Of a stretch of 64,000 bases of DNA, positions 36,379-48,124 are shown piece after piece (within the stretch, counting starts at the first letter, position 1; each line of letters begins with the position of its first letter). A model generated the notes under the pieces. That model was not told where the DNA came from. It was given only the letters and a program-made list of their open reading frames with translations, and did no database searches. Where the stretch lies: the NCBI GenBank assembly GCA_040954595.2, contig CM082578.2, positions 3,764,831 through 3,828,830 on the forward strand. The letters run 5' to 3'. The position numbers were made by a program, and so were the translations under genes. The DNA comes from Balanoglossus misakiensis. Its lineage: Eukaryota; Animalia; Hemichordata.

Positions 36379-39008
36379 ATGGCTGCAAAAATGGTGAGTG
36401 CGATTTCAGTTTTCTTCTCAAAGTCCTTATTTGGTTCTGCCAAGTAATTTCAGACTGCCGGTCACTCATAAATATTCATCGGCGGCATTAATATTCATTA
36501 CTTAAATATTTACATCCTATTACTTATTCATGTCCTCAACGTACTTGCTCTACGCAGCTCAGTGATCGAGTTTTCATTCACAACTAATACAAAAGACCCA
36601 ATAGCTACAATGACACAACCTCTGAACCACTAAATACTATTAGCAACTGTTTCACACCTCTGGTTTTTGTTTCCTTCACGATCTTTTGTTTATTTAACCG
36701 CAATATACAAGGGCCAGACAGGGTTACAATTTGTATCACTTTCATTCCATTGACAGGCTATCCTTTGAGCTACCACTGAGCTGACTGAAGTGGATCATGA
36801 GTCTTCAGAACGGTAGTGTGGCAAATGCTGTGCAGCCTAGCTGTAATTGTACAAATGTGAGTGATTGTTTTTCAGATGCTTCAATAATGTTACACATGCA
36901 AAGTGAGAATTCACATATTTTCAGTAGTAATATGCCTAATTAAAATATTCATTTGTGTCGATAAGTTTTTAATGTTTGAACTACTTTATCCAGGTGACCA
37001 GACCCCTATTTAAATGATTTGACTTTTTTCTATATAGCTAACTGAGGAAGACATACCGGGTTCTGTTTTATCGAAGGATGTTGAAAAATGCAAAAAGAGT
37101 GAACTAAAGTTTTGGTTAAAATGCCATGGATTGGTGCACAAGTCGGCGGATACCAGGGCAACACTCATAACAAGGTCATTATTACTCTTGCTTTTCACTA
37201 ATATAGTCCGATGTGTTGAATGCTGATATTGATGTTGGTCATTAAATGCTTTGAAATATTTATCAAAACATGTTCCTTTGTATTCCAGAGTCCGGAAGAG
37301 GTACCATGATGCCCATACTATTGTTGACCCTGATCCAGGACTGTGTTACACACGGGCGAAGAGGCTCCGTTGTCCAAGATGTAAAGATGAAGACACTGTT
37401 GATAAGACTCAAACTGTGGACACTTCTAGTTGTGATGATTGGACCAGTTCTTGTGGTTCAATACCAACAGGTTTTTCATATGTTCAAATTATGAACCATG
37501 TGAAAAAGTCGGGCAAAGTTGTTGGGGATTATGTTGAAAAACCACTTGATAAAGGGTACAAATTTTTTTATGAAAATTATGTACACAATGTAAAAAGCTG
37601 CAAAACAGACACACATTGTTTAATCAAAGGGAGGTGTTACAGGTCCCAAAAGAAAAATGAACCGCCCCATTTTGTCAGCTTGTCACTATGTTCAGTAACA
37701 GCTGAGGTTTTTAATGCAAAGTGCTCATGTGTTGCAGGTACTGCAGGACATTGCAATCATATAGTGGGACTTTTATATTTACTTGACCACTGCAAGAAAT
37801 TAAAACTGAGAGAGTTTCCTTTACTGGGAACATGCACAGATAATCCACAAAAGTGGCATCGTCCCAGGACTGATGGAATTGCACCTGAACCAATAATGGG
37901 ATACAATGTATTTAGACCGAAGTATGGGACATCTTCCTCTGGGGTAGCATGTACTTTGTATGAAGCTAGGGGGAAAGCTGTATTGCAGACATCAAATGAT
38001 CAATTGAAAGAGCTCAGTAATGATATTCAGGACTTAAATTTGGGTTTTTCTCATTTGACCCCCACAACTGATGATACTGATATGGTACCAACAAAAATGG
38101 GTTTCCATGTGCCTGTGGGTAGTGTTCTCAGTTACCAGTTGTCCTTAACCGAAGGCAATTTTGATGTCCTGTGTAATATTTCCAATGATTTCATTGTAGA
38201 ATTTATTCCAGAAACCTACCCTAGGCTTCCACTGTCTGCTGTCCCTATCTTCAACGTTAACGGCCCTTGTATTGAGAGTGTGTCAAAGTTCCTAGATAAA
38301 CTTAAGCTGAACTCTGATGCATCAGCGCAACTAGAAGAACAGACCCGTGGCCAGTGTTGTAACCCCTTATGGTTTGAAGCCAGGAAATTCAGATTAACGA
38401 GCAGCAAATTTGGGGGGGTTGTTAAAAAAAGACCTTGGGGAAATCATAGCAAATTTGTACGCAGCTTATTAATCACAAAAGACATGTCGCATATTCCAGC
38501 AATAAAATATGGCCAGGATAACGAATCAAAAGCTTTAAAAAAATATGAAGATTTCATGATAAGTAGTGGTAGGCAGGTTTCTGTTTTTAGGGCGGGTTTA
38601 GTTGTGAACCCATCAATGTCCTGGTGTGGCGCATCACCAGATGCCAAAGTTATTGATGAACACAGTGGTGTTGGGATTGCTGAAATAAAATGTGCATATG
38701 CATATAGAGATGTCAGCCCCAGAGATGCCTGTAGTGACACAAGATTTTATTGTGAAATAGTGGATGGTGTGCCTCGTCTTAAAAAAAATCATAATTATTA
38801 TTTTCAAGTTCAAGGCCAGATGGGCATATGTGGTGTGTCATGGTGCGACTTCGTTGTGTACACAAATAAAGGTCTGTTGATAGAGAGAATTAAGTTTGAC
38901 GTTTCTTTCTGGGAGTCAATGATGGAAAAACTTGTTGGTTTTTACGAGACACATTTTGTTCCTGTAGCATCTGAAATGATAGATTTTGTAAATATAGATG
39001 CAAATTAA
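36379..39008 (+). CDS. SAP-like, SWIM and YqaJ (lambda-exonuclease-like) protein; exons 36379-36393, 37038-37174, 37289-39008
   Basis: MAAKM|LTEEDIPGS..ELKFWLKCHG..LITR|VRKR; SWIM CSCVAGTAGHCNH; TRGQ..WFEARKFRLTSS, YGQDNE, GASPDA, EIKC, YYFQVQGQM. All GT-AG junctions are in phase. Confidence 0.88.
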
Positions 39009-39087
39009 GCTGAAATGATAGATTTTGTAAATATAGGAGCAAATTAAGCTGAAATGATAGATTTTATAAATATAGATGCAAATTAAA
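38971..39087 (+). repeat. 39-bp tandem repeat x3 spanning the YqaJ stop codon
   Basis: CTGAAATGATAGATTTTGTAAATATAGATGCAAATTAAG repeated three times. Confidence 0.9.
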
Positions 39088-39312
39088 CTACTATTGTACT
39101 AGCAGTATGGAATTCAGTCTTGTTTTATTGTTGTCTTAACATGCACAATACAATTCAACAAAAACAATTACCATAAGATATATCATACATGACCCTGTTA
39201 TTTATTATATTAAAATCTCAGTATTGTCCCGTTATAGCCCCAGTAACACTAATTTTGAGACACTGTGTCAGTATTTTTTGTTGTTACTCCATATTTCCAA
39301 AACCACTGGGCT

Positions 39313-41510
39313 TTAATCTGGCACAGAAATGATTGGGTTCTGGAAGAGAGTCAAAAGTGCACAGACTGTCCATATCTGATTGATTGACCCTGTTAATGAC
39401 ATGGGGATCACAGAATCAAAAATATGGAAATTTTTCACTTTATTTATTGCTCTTTCTACATGGATTCTTTCTGATGCAATCTGCTGAGTTTCAATAACAT
39501 CATAATCTGGCATTTGTCCCTTTTGCCCCAGAAATGGTGGGATATTTAGCTTTACATTGATTGGATCAAGTAGATCCTGAATATCAAAGCCTTTGTCAGC
39601 TAGTATGCCATCTCCTGGCTCAAATGAATTTTGCAATAGGCCACTTCTGATGGTCAATTCACGATCTGAAATGCTACCTGTGTACAGCTGTGAGACAAAG
39701 CTGATGTTACCAGCAGGACTGATTCCAATCAGACCTTTCAGTGTGTTTGTTGATTTATAATTTCTATATGATTGAGATTTCAACATTAATGATGATGGCA
39801 TTTCAATCTTTATTTCTGTTGCATCAATGATTATACGTGTATCAGCATATTTCTCTTTGAATGAATCTGGCATTGTGTTCACAACAACCTGCTTAGATGG
39901 CCATATATTTATGGTACCAAGTCGGAGATACAGAAAATTTGACCAGGACAGAACAATATTACTGACAGTGGTGACAGAAACTGAAAATCGATATGACAGA
40001 TCACGCTCAAAAAGACCCAACCGTACCCTGCACAAAAAAAGAAAAAACTGATTTTGCACAGACAATTTCCGCGGTCTTCCAACCTTTGTTCCAGTCTGCT
40101 GGTGGGAACTTGCTGTCTGGCGAACATTTACGAGATTTTCACCATTTGGCCCAGGGTTTACATATTTTAGAAGGGAATTAAAAACATGAATATTAGGAAA
40201 ACCTGTGTAAAAAGAAATATCACACTCTTTGATGTTCTGTATTGAAAATTCGGAGTTGCGAAGAGCAATCTCCAGACGATGGTTCTCTACAGTTAATTGT
40301 TGGATTTTGTTTTTAAGTTCCTCCATTTCTTTGGCCATGATTTCAAAACGTGAGGAAGATTCTTCATCAGCCCTTGCAACCTTGGTTGATGCATCCCCAG
40401 ATTCCAACTGCATCATGGTTGTCTGGTTCTCATCCATTTTGCATAACCGCGACAGTTGCAGAGCATTTAATGGCCGACTTGGCTTAGGCTGAGCTGTTAC
40501 ATGAGGAATATCTTCCCAACACTTAAAAACACACGGGACAGCCCCTGAATGAATCGTCCTCCTGCCACTGAATTGGTGAAACTCAATATCATCTTCTCTG
40601 AAATGGAGGGAGCAAACAACTGTATGATTTCCAACCTGAAAAATAAAAAACAAATATAAGCAATAGTAGAGGGATTATATTTTAGATTCAGCATGTTTCC
40701 AAAGACTTGATTTGTGTTGGAAAGTTACACAGTGGCTGTGACCTATATTTATATATGTACAACAATTACATATAAATGAAATTTTCATCTAATTCTTTAG
40801 ACAGGAATATTTGATTTTTCATTTTTCATAACAGCAAGATGGTGTTTAGGGCTTTAAACAAATCGCTTCCACAAATGTTCATTTTAAGAAATTTAAATAC
40901 CTTAAAGGACTTGTCTTCATCACGTCTTATTTTTGTCAGCCATATCTTTTTCATTTCTTCATTTTGTGGGAATTTATGATAAGTTACAGTACCATGCCCA
41001 GGAACAGAAAACTTCCCATAGCTGGTACAGCGTGGCACAGCACAGTTTTTCTTTGTAGCATTCCTGGAGCTCACCTTAGAAAAAAGCTGAATAAAAAAAT
41101 AATATGTGATGTAAAAATATATGAAAAAACATCATGGTGGTATCTACAAGTTATGCTGATCACAGCCCTGTCTGGCCCATGTATATTGCGGTTAAATAAA
41201 CAAAAGATCGTGAAGGAAACAAAAACCAGAGGTGTGAAACAGTTGCTAATAGTATTTAGTGGTTCAGAGGTTGTGTCATTGTAGCTATTGGGTCTTTTGT
41301 ATTAGTTGTGAATGAAAACTCGATCACTGAGCTGCGTAGAGCAAGTACGTTGAGGACATGAATAAGTAATAGGATGTAAATATTTAAGTAATGAATATTA
41401 ATGCCGCCGATGAATATTTATGAGTGACCGGCAGTCTGAAATTACTTGGCAGAACCAAATAAGGACTTTGAGAAGAAAACTGAAATCGCACTCACCATTT
41501 TTGCAGCCAT
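39313..41510 (-). CDS. THAP, HTH and DDE_Tnp_4 transposase; exons 41496-41510, 40901-41074, 39313-40635
   Basis: MAAKM|VSSRNATKKNCAVPRC..YHKFP..W..IRR..FK|VGNHTVVCSLHF..AVP (THAP); IIDATE, LADKGF, RIHVERAI. Phase-0 GT-AG junctions. Confidence 0.9.
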
Positions 41511-42361
41511 TTCCAGCTTCCCGCGACCGCGTTGAAAAAAGACCAGGCGCCACATAAGAAAAAAACCGTTGACAAAATGGCTTCTTCAAACTTTCCCCCG
41601 AATGACGTCATCGCCTGTAGAGGGCGCTACTTATGAAAGTGGTGTATAGGCAGTCAATGACTGAAGGGAAAGGGGACATAGGGACATTAGAGCTACCAAT
41701 CACCGTGAGCGACGCAGGGGTTTAGGACACAAATTTTGGTCCCACATGAAATACGTCTAGTAAGACGTGGGCATTGCTTAACCATAGAGGTATAAGTAAA
41801 GGTATACATTTAATTTAAAAAAATTAAAAAATGACATCTAGGACAAAAAAACATCCTTCCCTTTGACGAACAGCCGTTTGATAACTTGGCAATTTACAGA
41901 CCTGAACATTTTATGTATCAGCTACATATTCGTTCTCTCTTCCCTATATTATATCGCTTTTCTTTACAGCGCCCCAGCAAGTTCTGTGTATGTGTACATG
42001 CAATTATTGTTGTTGAGAAATGAATTCATGTCCGGCCTTGAATACAATTTTTGAAAACTAACATCCCAGACTATACAAACATGGAGCCAGTTGAGGAGAT
42101 AAATACTAAGTTCTAAATCATGCCTTATTGAGCCGAACAAAACGTCAAGTTGTTGGCACACAGAACAAAAAGGTAACACATAGTGGGTGTTAAAGGTATA
42201 CGGTCACCTATACAAATTTAGCCACAGTTACACTACAGACTGAATGTCCTGCACATGGCGCGCTTGCCGGGCGCGCTCAGTGGCCTGCGTGATGTGATGT
42301 CGATCGACGCCATGTTTGTTTACATGATTGTACAATCGTGCGTAGCTATGGTCTGACGCAG

Positions 42362-42399
42362 CATGGAGGTACTAGAGAGATCTCTCTAGTACCTCCATG
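42362..42399. mobile_element. P-element-type excision footprint or micro-MITE
   Basis: Perfect 38-bp palindrome CATGGAGGTACTAGAGAGATCTCTCTAGTACCTCCATG flanked by 7-bp direct repeat GACGCAG. Confidence 0.72.
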
Positions 42400-43270
42400 G
42401 ACGCAGGGACTCTCTACCTGTTTCATCGCCTGGTAAATTAGATGGATATTCTCAAAACAGTAGAATGTATATTGTGTTCTGATTGCATTCTTCGTGTGTA
42501 TCAAACTTTTATTTTATTGATTTCCTTTTGTTGTCAGCCACATGCGAGTAGCCTTGCCAATAAACAGTCGTGTTTACTCGGTAAACAAGTGGAATCACTG
42601 ACTTGCCTCAAAAACAACAGTAGCAGGTGTAGTTCCTTTCCCTCCTACCACCATGCAACATACAACATACAATCCGCATGAAAAAAGCACTCCTGAAGAA
42701 CTATGAAATGTCTAGCTTGTGTTCATTCTGTCAAACAATTGCATGGACTCCAGCCATATTCAATGCCAGATCTTAAACTCACCGTCAGTGAGTTAGATAC
42801 AGGTGCACACATACATGTATGACACTATTGTGAAGTAACATTTTTTTTATTTTAGAAAATGTGAAAAATAATAGGGAAAATTTTGAGTTTACATAAATGT
42901 TACAAACTATACAGCAAGTCACATCAGAGTAGAATAAAAATGTCCTCAAGTACAAATAAACAGCAAAACGGGAAAATGCATCGATGTCGGAACTACTAAA
43001 GTCGAGAATCAGCTCTGAATTTATTCAGTAATCTAGTGCTTGGGGCGGAAACTTTAATGCAGAACACACTCTCTCGATATGCAAATATAACTTATTGAAA
43101 CTCGTTGCCATACGAACAAATGACCAGGAACCATCGACACGGTCTATATATACATGTACACTGAGAAGCCATAGAGACGTGCATGTTCAAATAGACCTGA
43201 GGCTGAGGCTTTACCGCTGTCAGAAGAAACAGCGAGGGCTTCGAACGTACTTTTATTTTTTCACACTTAA

Positions 43271-44065
43271 GATGGGTCCCTAGGATCTTTTTGCCCGTTG
43301 CTATGGGCCTTTATAGGACATTACACCCCGATTTGGACTAAGCCGTTTTCAGAGTCTAACAAGGGGCTGGTAACTAGTTAAAAATACGCACGATTGTGAG
43401 CGCGCGCCCCCTGACGCCATTGATATGCAAATTAGTTAGGTCAAATTTCAAAAGCCTAAGGCTTTTTATTCCGTGACCTCAAAAACGAACTTGATACGTA
43501 TTCATTAGTTGCTTGAACCAGGGAAGATCGTGACGGATTTTGTTTTCGAATATTATCGTTGTATCCTACGATTTCAGCATACCCGTACCACACCTGAAAA
43601 AGTCATCGATTTTGGGTGTTTTTGGACGCACTCTTCCACTGGTATCGCTTCTTAGCACGACGAAAACCGAAAAAACGATCCGTCACACTATGCGGAAGTG
43701 CGTTCTCAACAAGCAGGTCAAATTTGGCTGGCCTACGTCGCCTATGAAAAAAGCCTTAGGGATTTTCGTGAACGGTACAAAATCTCTGTGTACAAAACAT
43801 TGGATTTTTAGCGTTCGATCCAGTTACTGTGGTTACAGGACGCGCACGCTATCGCTGACCGCTGCTTTGCCGTATTAGCGTGGCGGCCTATGGCCGGGCG
43901 GTAGCTGCCGTAAACATACTCAGACAGGGGGTGTGCACACAATCGTGTGTATTTTTAATTAGTTACAAGCCCCTTGTCGGACGTTCATAACGGTTTCGAT
44001 CAAAATTGAGTGTAGTGTCCTATAAAGGCCCATAGCAACGAGCAAAAAGATCCTAGGGACCCATC
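43271..44065. mobile_element. Non-autonomous TIR element with TTAA TSD (Kolobok-like)
   Basis: TTAA|GATGGGTCCCTAGGATCTTTTTGC...GCAAAAAGATCCTAGGGACCCATC|TTAA; purine-purine termini; no coding capacity. Confidence 0.8.
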
Positions 44066-44335
44066 TTAAATCACTGCTCGTAAATTAATGCATCAAAAGT
44101 AAAAGTTTCCTTTTCCTTTTAAATTTAAAAGTATATATGGCCTATGTCACGATCAAAATTGCGATTGTGTTTATAACTAGCATAGCTGCAATAATTAGAG
44201 TGATGGGTAGCTATTTTCGCTTGGTTGAATCACGGTCACTCCACAAGGGTCGCGGACGTAGTCAGAATTATGGACGAAAAAGTCGGAACAATCAAGCCCG
44301 AGAGTATACTGCGAGCAGTCATACCCATTGATACT

Positions 44336-44746
44336 TATGAAAGCCTGTTAGGGACATTTCGTAAAGCAAAAAAAAAATTTTTATCTCGTGAGCACGAGAT
44401 ACTAAGTCGTGAGCACGAGATACTAAGTCGTGAGCACGACATACTAAGTCGTGAGCACGACATACTAAGTCGTGAGCACGACATACTAAGTCGTGAGCAC
44501 GACATACTAAGTCGTGCGCACGATATACTAAGTCGTGCGCACGAGATAATTATCTCGTGCTCACGAGATACTAAGTCTCTCGTGCTCACGACTTAGTATG
44601 TCGTGCTCACGACTTAGTATCTCGTGCTCACGACTTAGTATGTCGTGCTCACGACTTAGTATCTCGTGCTCACGACTTAGTATCTCGTGCTCACGAGATA
44701 AAAAAAATTGTTTTGCTTTACGAAATGTCCCTAACGGGCTTTCATA
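44336..44746. mobile_element. Foldback element with inverted arrays of 21-bp repeats, 6-bp TSD
   Basis: TATGAAAGCC...GGCTTTCATA flanked by GATACT; unit GTGAGCACGACATACTAAGTC arranged in opposed arms. Confidence 0.85.
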
Positions 44747-45659
44747 GATACTCATATGAAATCAACAATGAAGAATAATCTGCATAACAGGAAAAAGAAA
44801 GCCTACTGACGACTAGCCTGCACATTAGTAAATCACAGGTGTGAATGGGGTGGGCCACGGGAGGTAGCCTTTGGTCAGTAGGATCGTACCAACTACCGCA
44901 TAAATGTATTTTTCACTAATTTGTGCGATCAAGTTTTTTTCCTCAACATGATCTCCAATCTATTTCAGATTCAAAATCATATCCAGGGAATCCACAGATC
45001 GCGATTCATGTTTTCTTGTGTTTATATTTAGCTGGAATAATTGTAACGGCACCGTGTCGCTGTTTTTGGTGTAGATGCCCGCACACTTACATGCAATGGA
45101 CCGCAGTTACGTTGCGCGGTCGTGATGTAAATTTAGGAAATAGTGATACACTGCATCTATTAAAGCTTATCTTTGTTTCAGAGTAAAAATCTACCCGCTT
45201 TCTCTGTACTGTATCTCCCAGCGTCCACGGGTGTTACATGTTTATGCTCGGCCAGCCACGTTCTTCAGGTTGTTATCACCTTTTTGTTCGTCAGTACAAT
45301 AAAATATGTGTGTACTCAATGAACAAAAACTTCTGAAGTCAGTACATTTTTGTCTGTGGTTTGTTTTAAAAATACAATTTGATGCGCCGGTCACTAGGAT
45401 CCTAGGGTCATAGTTCTGAGTGTCAGGCTCATGAAAACAAGAACAATCTATGACTCAAATATTAGATACATACTAGTATTGTAATTTGCGTCTTACAAAG
45501 CACAATAATGTGACTTCATCCATTTCCCAAACAGAGAAACTACGACAAATCAGTCAGAGTATCGACCACACTGTTGTCTGTGATCGACAACACGTATACG
45601 CGCGTCCGTTCACCGCGACAATAATGTGTGTAACGATCGTTCAATTCATTCGATCAGGC

Positions 45660-46540
45660 ACTATGATCATGCCCCCGCCGATTCCATCAGCGCCCACCTT
45701 GTCACCAACACCACTCCCACCACGCCCAACCGCTGATATTACACCACCGTTCCAAACTACACTACAGCCGGCAGTACAGCCGATTCTCACGTCTCCGCAG
45801 ACAGCGGGGATGATTGAGACTTCTCCGCCTCCACTATGGTTCCCTCCTATCACCGGGGATGTTCTCATACCAGAATCATATATAGACCGGTGTAAGGACG
45901 TAAGTTGCTCTATAGACAACTTTACCAAGAACCTTGTGTTTATGGTTTATTCGCCGAGTGAACGCGCCGGACGTACTTGCACAGGGCGTGTGTTTGGGGG
46001 TACCAAACAGAAATTGAAGTTAAGTCCCAGAAGGCTTAAGAAAGTTGAATGAGCAACTTTCCGAAAATATTTTAGAAATAATGGACGCTGCCCTGACCAT
46101 TAACGTTTGTTTATGGGCAAGGGCGAGGGGAAAGCCAAAAATTCATGGGCTCGGAAGCCTCGCCCATGAATTTTGGCTTTCCTCGAGCCCGCGCCCATAA
46201 ACAAACGTTTATGGTCAGGGCGGAGTCGGTTATTTCCATTATATTACCAACAAAATCAAGAAAACCGTCAACATTTACGAAAATGTCCCACTAGGGGCCC
46301 CGGAACTTGTGTTACGCAAAATGTTGTATTCACTGAACTGTTTGCTAATATTACTAATAGATTCAGATTTACGGGCATGTAAACAAACTATTACTGAGTA
46401 TTTGTGGTCAGTGACGTCGTTCATCTCGACCAATTAAAATGCGACGCACAGGCCATGGTAATATAATCCCACGATTTTCCGCGATCCGCCGAGCGCGACG
46501 TGTGGTCAAAACAGTGCATCAAGGCAATCGATAAAGCTCT

Positions 46541-46545
<5 letters not shown>
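45660..46545 (+). pseudogene. BEN-domain ORF remnant split by an insertion
   Basis: NFTKNLVFMVYSPSERAGRTCTG..KLKLSPRRLKKV*ATF; after the insertion, AERDVWSKQCIKAIDKAL (BEN C-terminal W..C..AID pattern). Confidence 0.6.
46066..46467 (+). mobile_element. Short non-autonomous hairpin element (same layout as 10897-11213)
   Basis: Inverted repeat 46075-46236; 3' end TCTCGACCAAT...AATATAAT; interrupts the BEN ORF. Confidence 0.6.
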
Positions 46546-46572
<27 letters not shown>

Positions 46573-48124
46573 GGGGGGGGGGGGGGGGGCTTTATCAGCA
46601 TGTTTGTCGGATTGTCATTCTCTCGTTCAGAAAGGAAATGTTCCCTTGCATTTGTACAACTAATGTAGTGTAATTGTGTTTTAAATGCTTAATAAAGAAA
46701 ACTAACACTAACAACGGACACATTTTGTTCGTAGTGAATTAAACGCCCCTCCCTGAATGCCTAGTCTGAAATAAAACTTATGTTGAGAAGGAGAGTTGTA
46801 CATTGATTAACGTTTTCAACGGTGTAGTACCGGTGTAGCAACGATCCAGATACGACTCCGATGGGAAAAAATATTTGAGAATGCTTTTCGCCTGTGCTGC
46901 GCCGGTGTTAATTTTCGACAGCGATGACGGGTGGTTCAGATCCAGACCGAAGAAAATATACAGTGAGAACGCAAAGCACAACCCTGTGGTGACTTTTGAT
47001 TATGTTTATCTAGGTAACCTATTGTCTTGGGTCAGTTTCCATTGTTGAGTCAATCTAACTGGACGCGAGTGGTTTTCTAGCCACTCGCGGTTAGCCGGGT
47101 CTGCAACACTTCTGTCTGCCACCAACTTTAGGTTCTTTCGATCGCCGAAAAGACGAGGCGTTTTCGATTTGTGGATTAACATCCAGTACTTCTAAACGAT
47201 ATCAAAACGGTCATGAAGAAGACGACAAAGTCGTCTAGAACGCATATCCAGGTATAGAAACTGAGATATGTTGCAATTACATGTCCTCGACGTCCTCAAT
47301 TTTTGTTAGTTGCCGTGTTCCTAAACATTGCCATTAGACGGCGTTGATCTCAAAACAATGTCCGTTTAGTGTGTGGACGCACACAGATTCTGAGGGCTAA
47401 TCCCCTGTTAGCAAGAAACAGGAAGTGCTACGATATTCGTCATTTTTAAGTTGCTGCAATTGATCTGTAGTTTGTACGTGTATGCTTTACATGTATGCAT
47501 CTGTGGTAACATAAAACACAGGTTACAAATGAACATAAATGACTGCATGTACATAGTGTTTTGAACCACTAGCATTCTTTATCTGAATTGGAGGTTGCGC
47601 AACTAGACTAGAAAAACCAGAAATGCCATCATATCATAGACCCTATGGATCAATCAAACGTGTTTGGGGTTCAAACCGACCTGCTTCCTTGCTGGTAAGC
47701 AACCGGTGCGCCAGTAGACTAGCCCACTAGTCGCTTGGTGATTTTTAAATCTAAATAGTTAAGGTGTTTTCGATGGTTTTTTGTCTTAATAAATAATTTC
47801 AATACTTTTTGCGTGCATGCTTGCCTTGAGCGTGTTTTTGGTAGTGAGGTGAGTTTCGAATTTGGGACTGAGCTTGTGGTTTTGGGTAGCGTGGGTCTAC
47901 GCGTTCCCTACACATAATGAAGCCCATAGACTTGGAGCAAGTCTAGTGCGCCAGGTAAACAAGCGCGCTTCCTGTGACCTGGCTGGCCATGCAAGCCAGG
48001 TAGCTCATGAATATTCAGAATGCAAGCCTGGCGCGCTCAGCAAGCACGCTCACCAGGCCTGGCGAGCCAGGCGAGCCACCTGGCTTGCTGCGTTCAGGAG
48101 CAGGCGCGCCAGGTAGAACAGGAC

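Larger units (their letters stand above)
36245..41644. mobile_element. ISL2EU DNA transposon, apparently intact, 479-bp TIRs
   Basis: TIRs 36245-36723 and 41166-41644 are nearly identical. TATA is duplicated on both sides (equivalent to an AT TSD with ACACC ends); the empty site is reconstructable from the host's other TIR. Convergent THAP-DDE and YqaJ genes. Confidence 0.92.
29681..41748. mobile_element. PIF/Harbinger-group DNA transposon with ~250-bp TIRs, hosting a LINE and an ISL2EU element
   Basis: Left TIR 29681-29929 is the reverse complement of 36096-36244 plus 41645-41748; encodes a DDE_Tnp_4 transposase and a divergent Myb-like ORF. Termini ambiguous (CATG or AT duplication). Confidence 0.85.

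Noticed and set aside
36300-36491. Identical 63-aa ORFs at 36300 (+) and 41398 (-)
   Set aside because: Result of the TIR duplication; TTG start and no domain. The spliced MAAKM exon explains the region better.
42190-42215. TTAA|AGGTATACGGTCACC Kolobok-like terminus
   Set aside because: No matching opposite end found in the window.
44225-44755. ORFs with LSREHDI repeats, or a CRISPR-like array
   Set aside because: 21-bp tandem units with no unique spacers inside a foldback element; the ORFs arise from the 3n repeat length.
46546-46589. Poly-T followed by poly-G tract
   Set aside because: Low complexity, possibly a sequencing or assembly artefact; no supporting structure.
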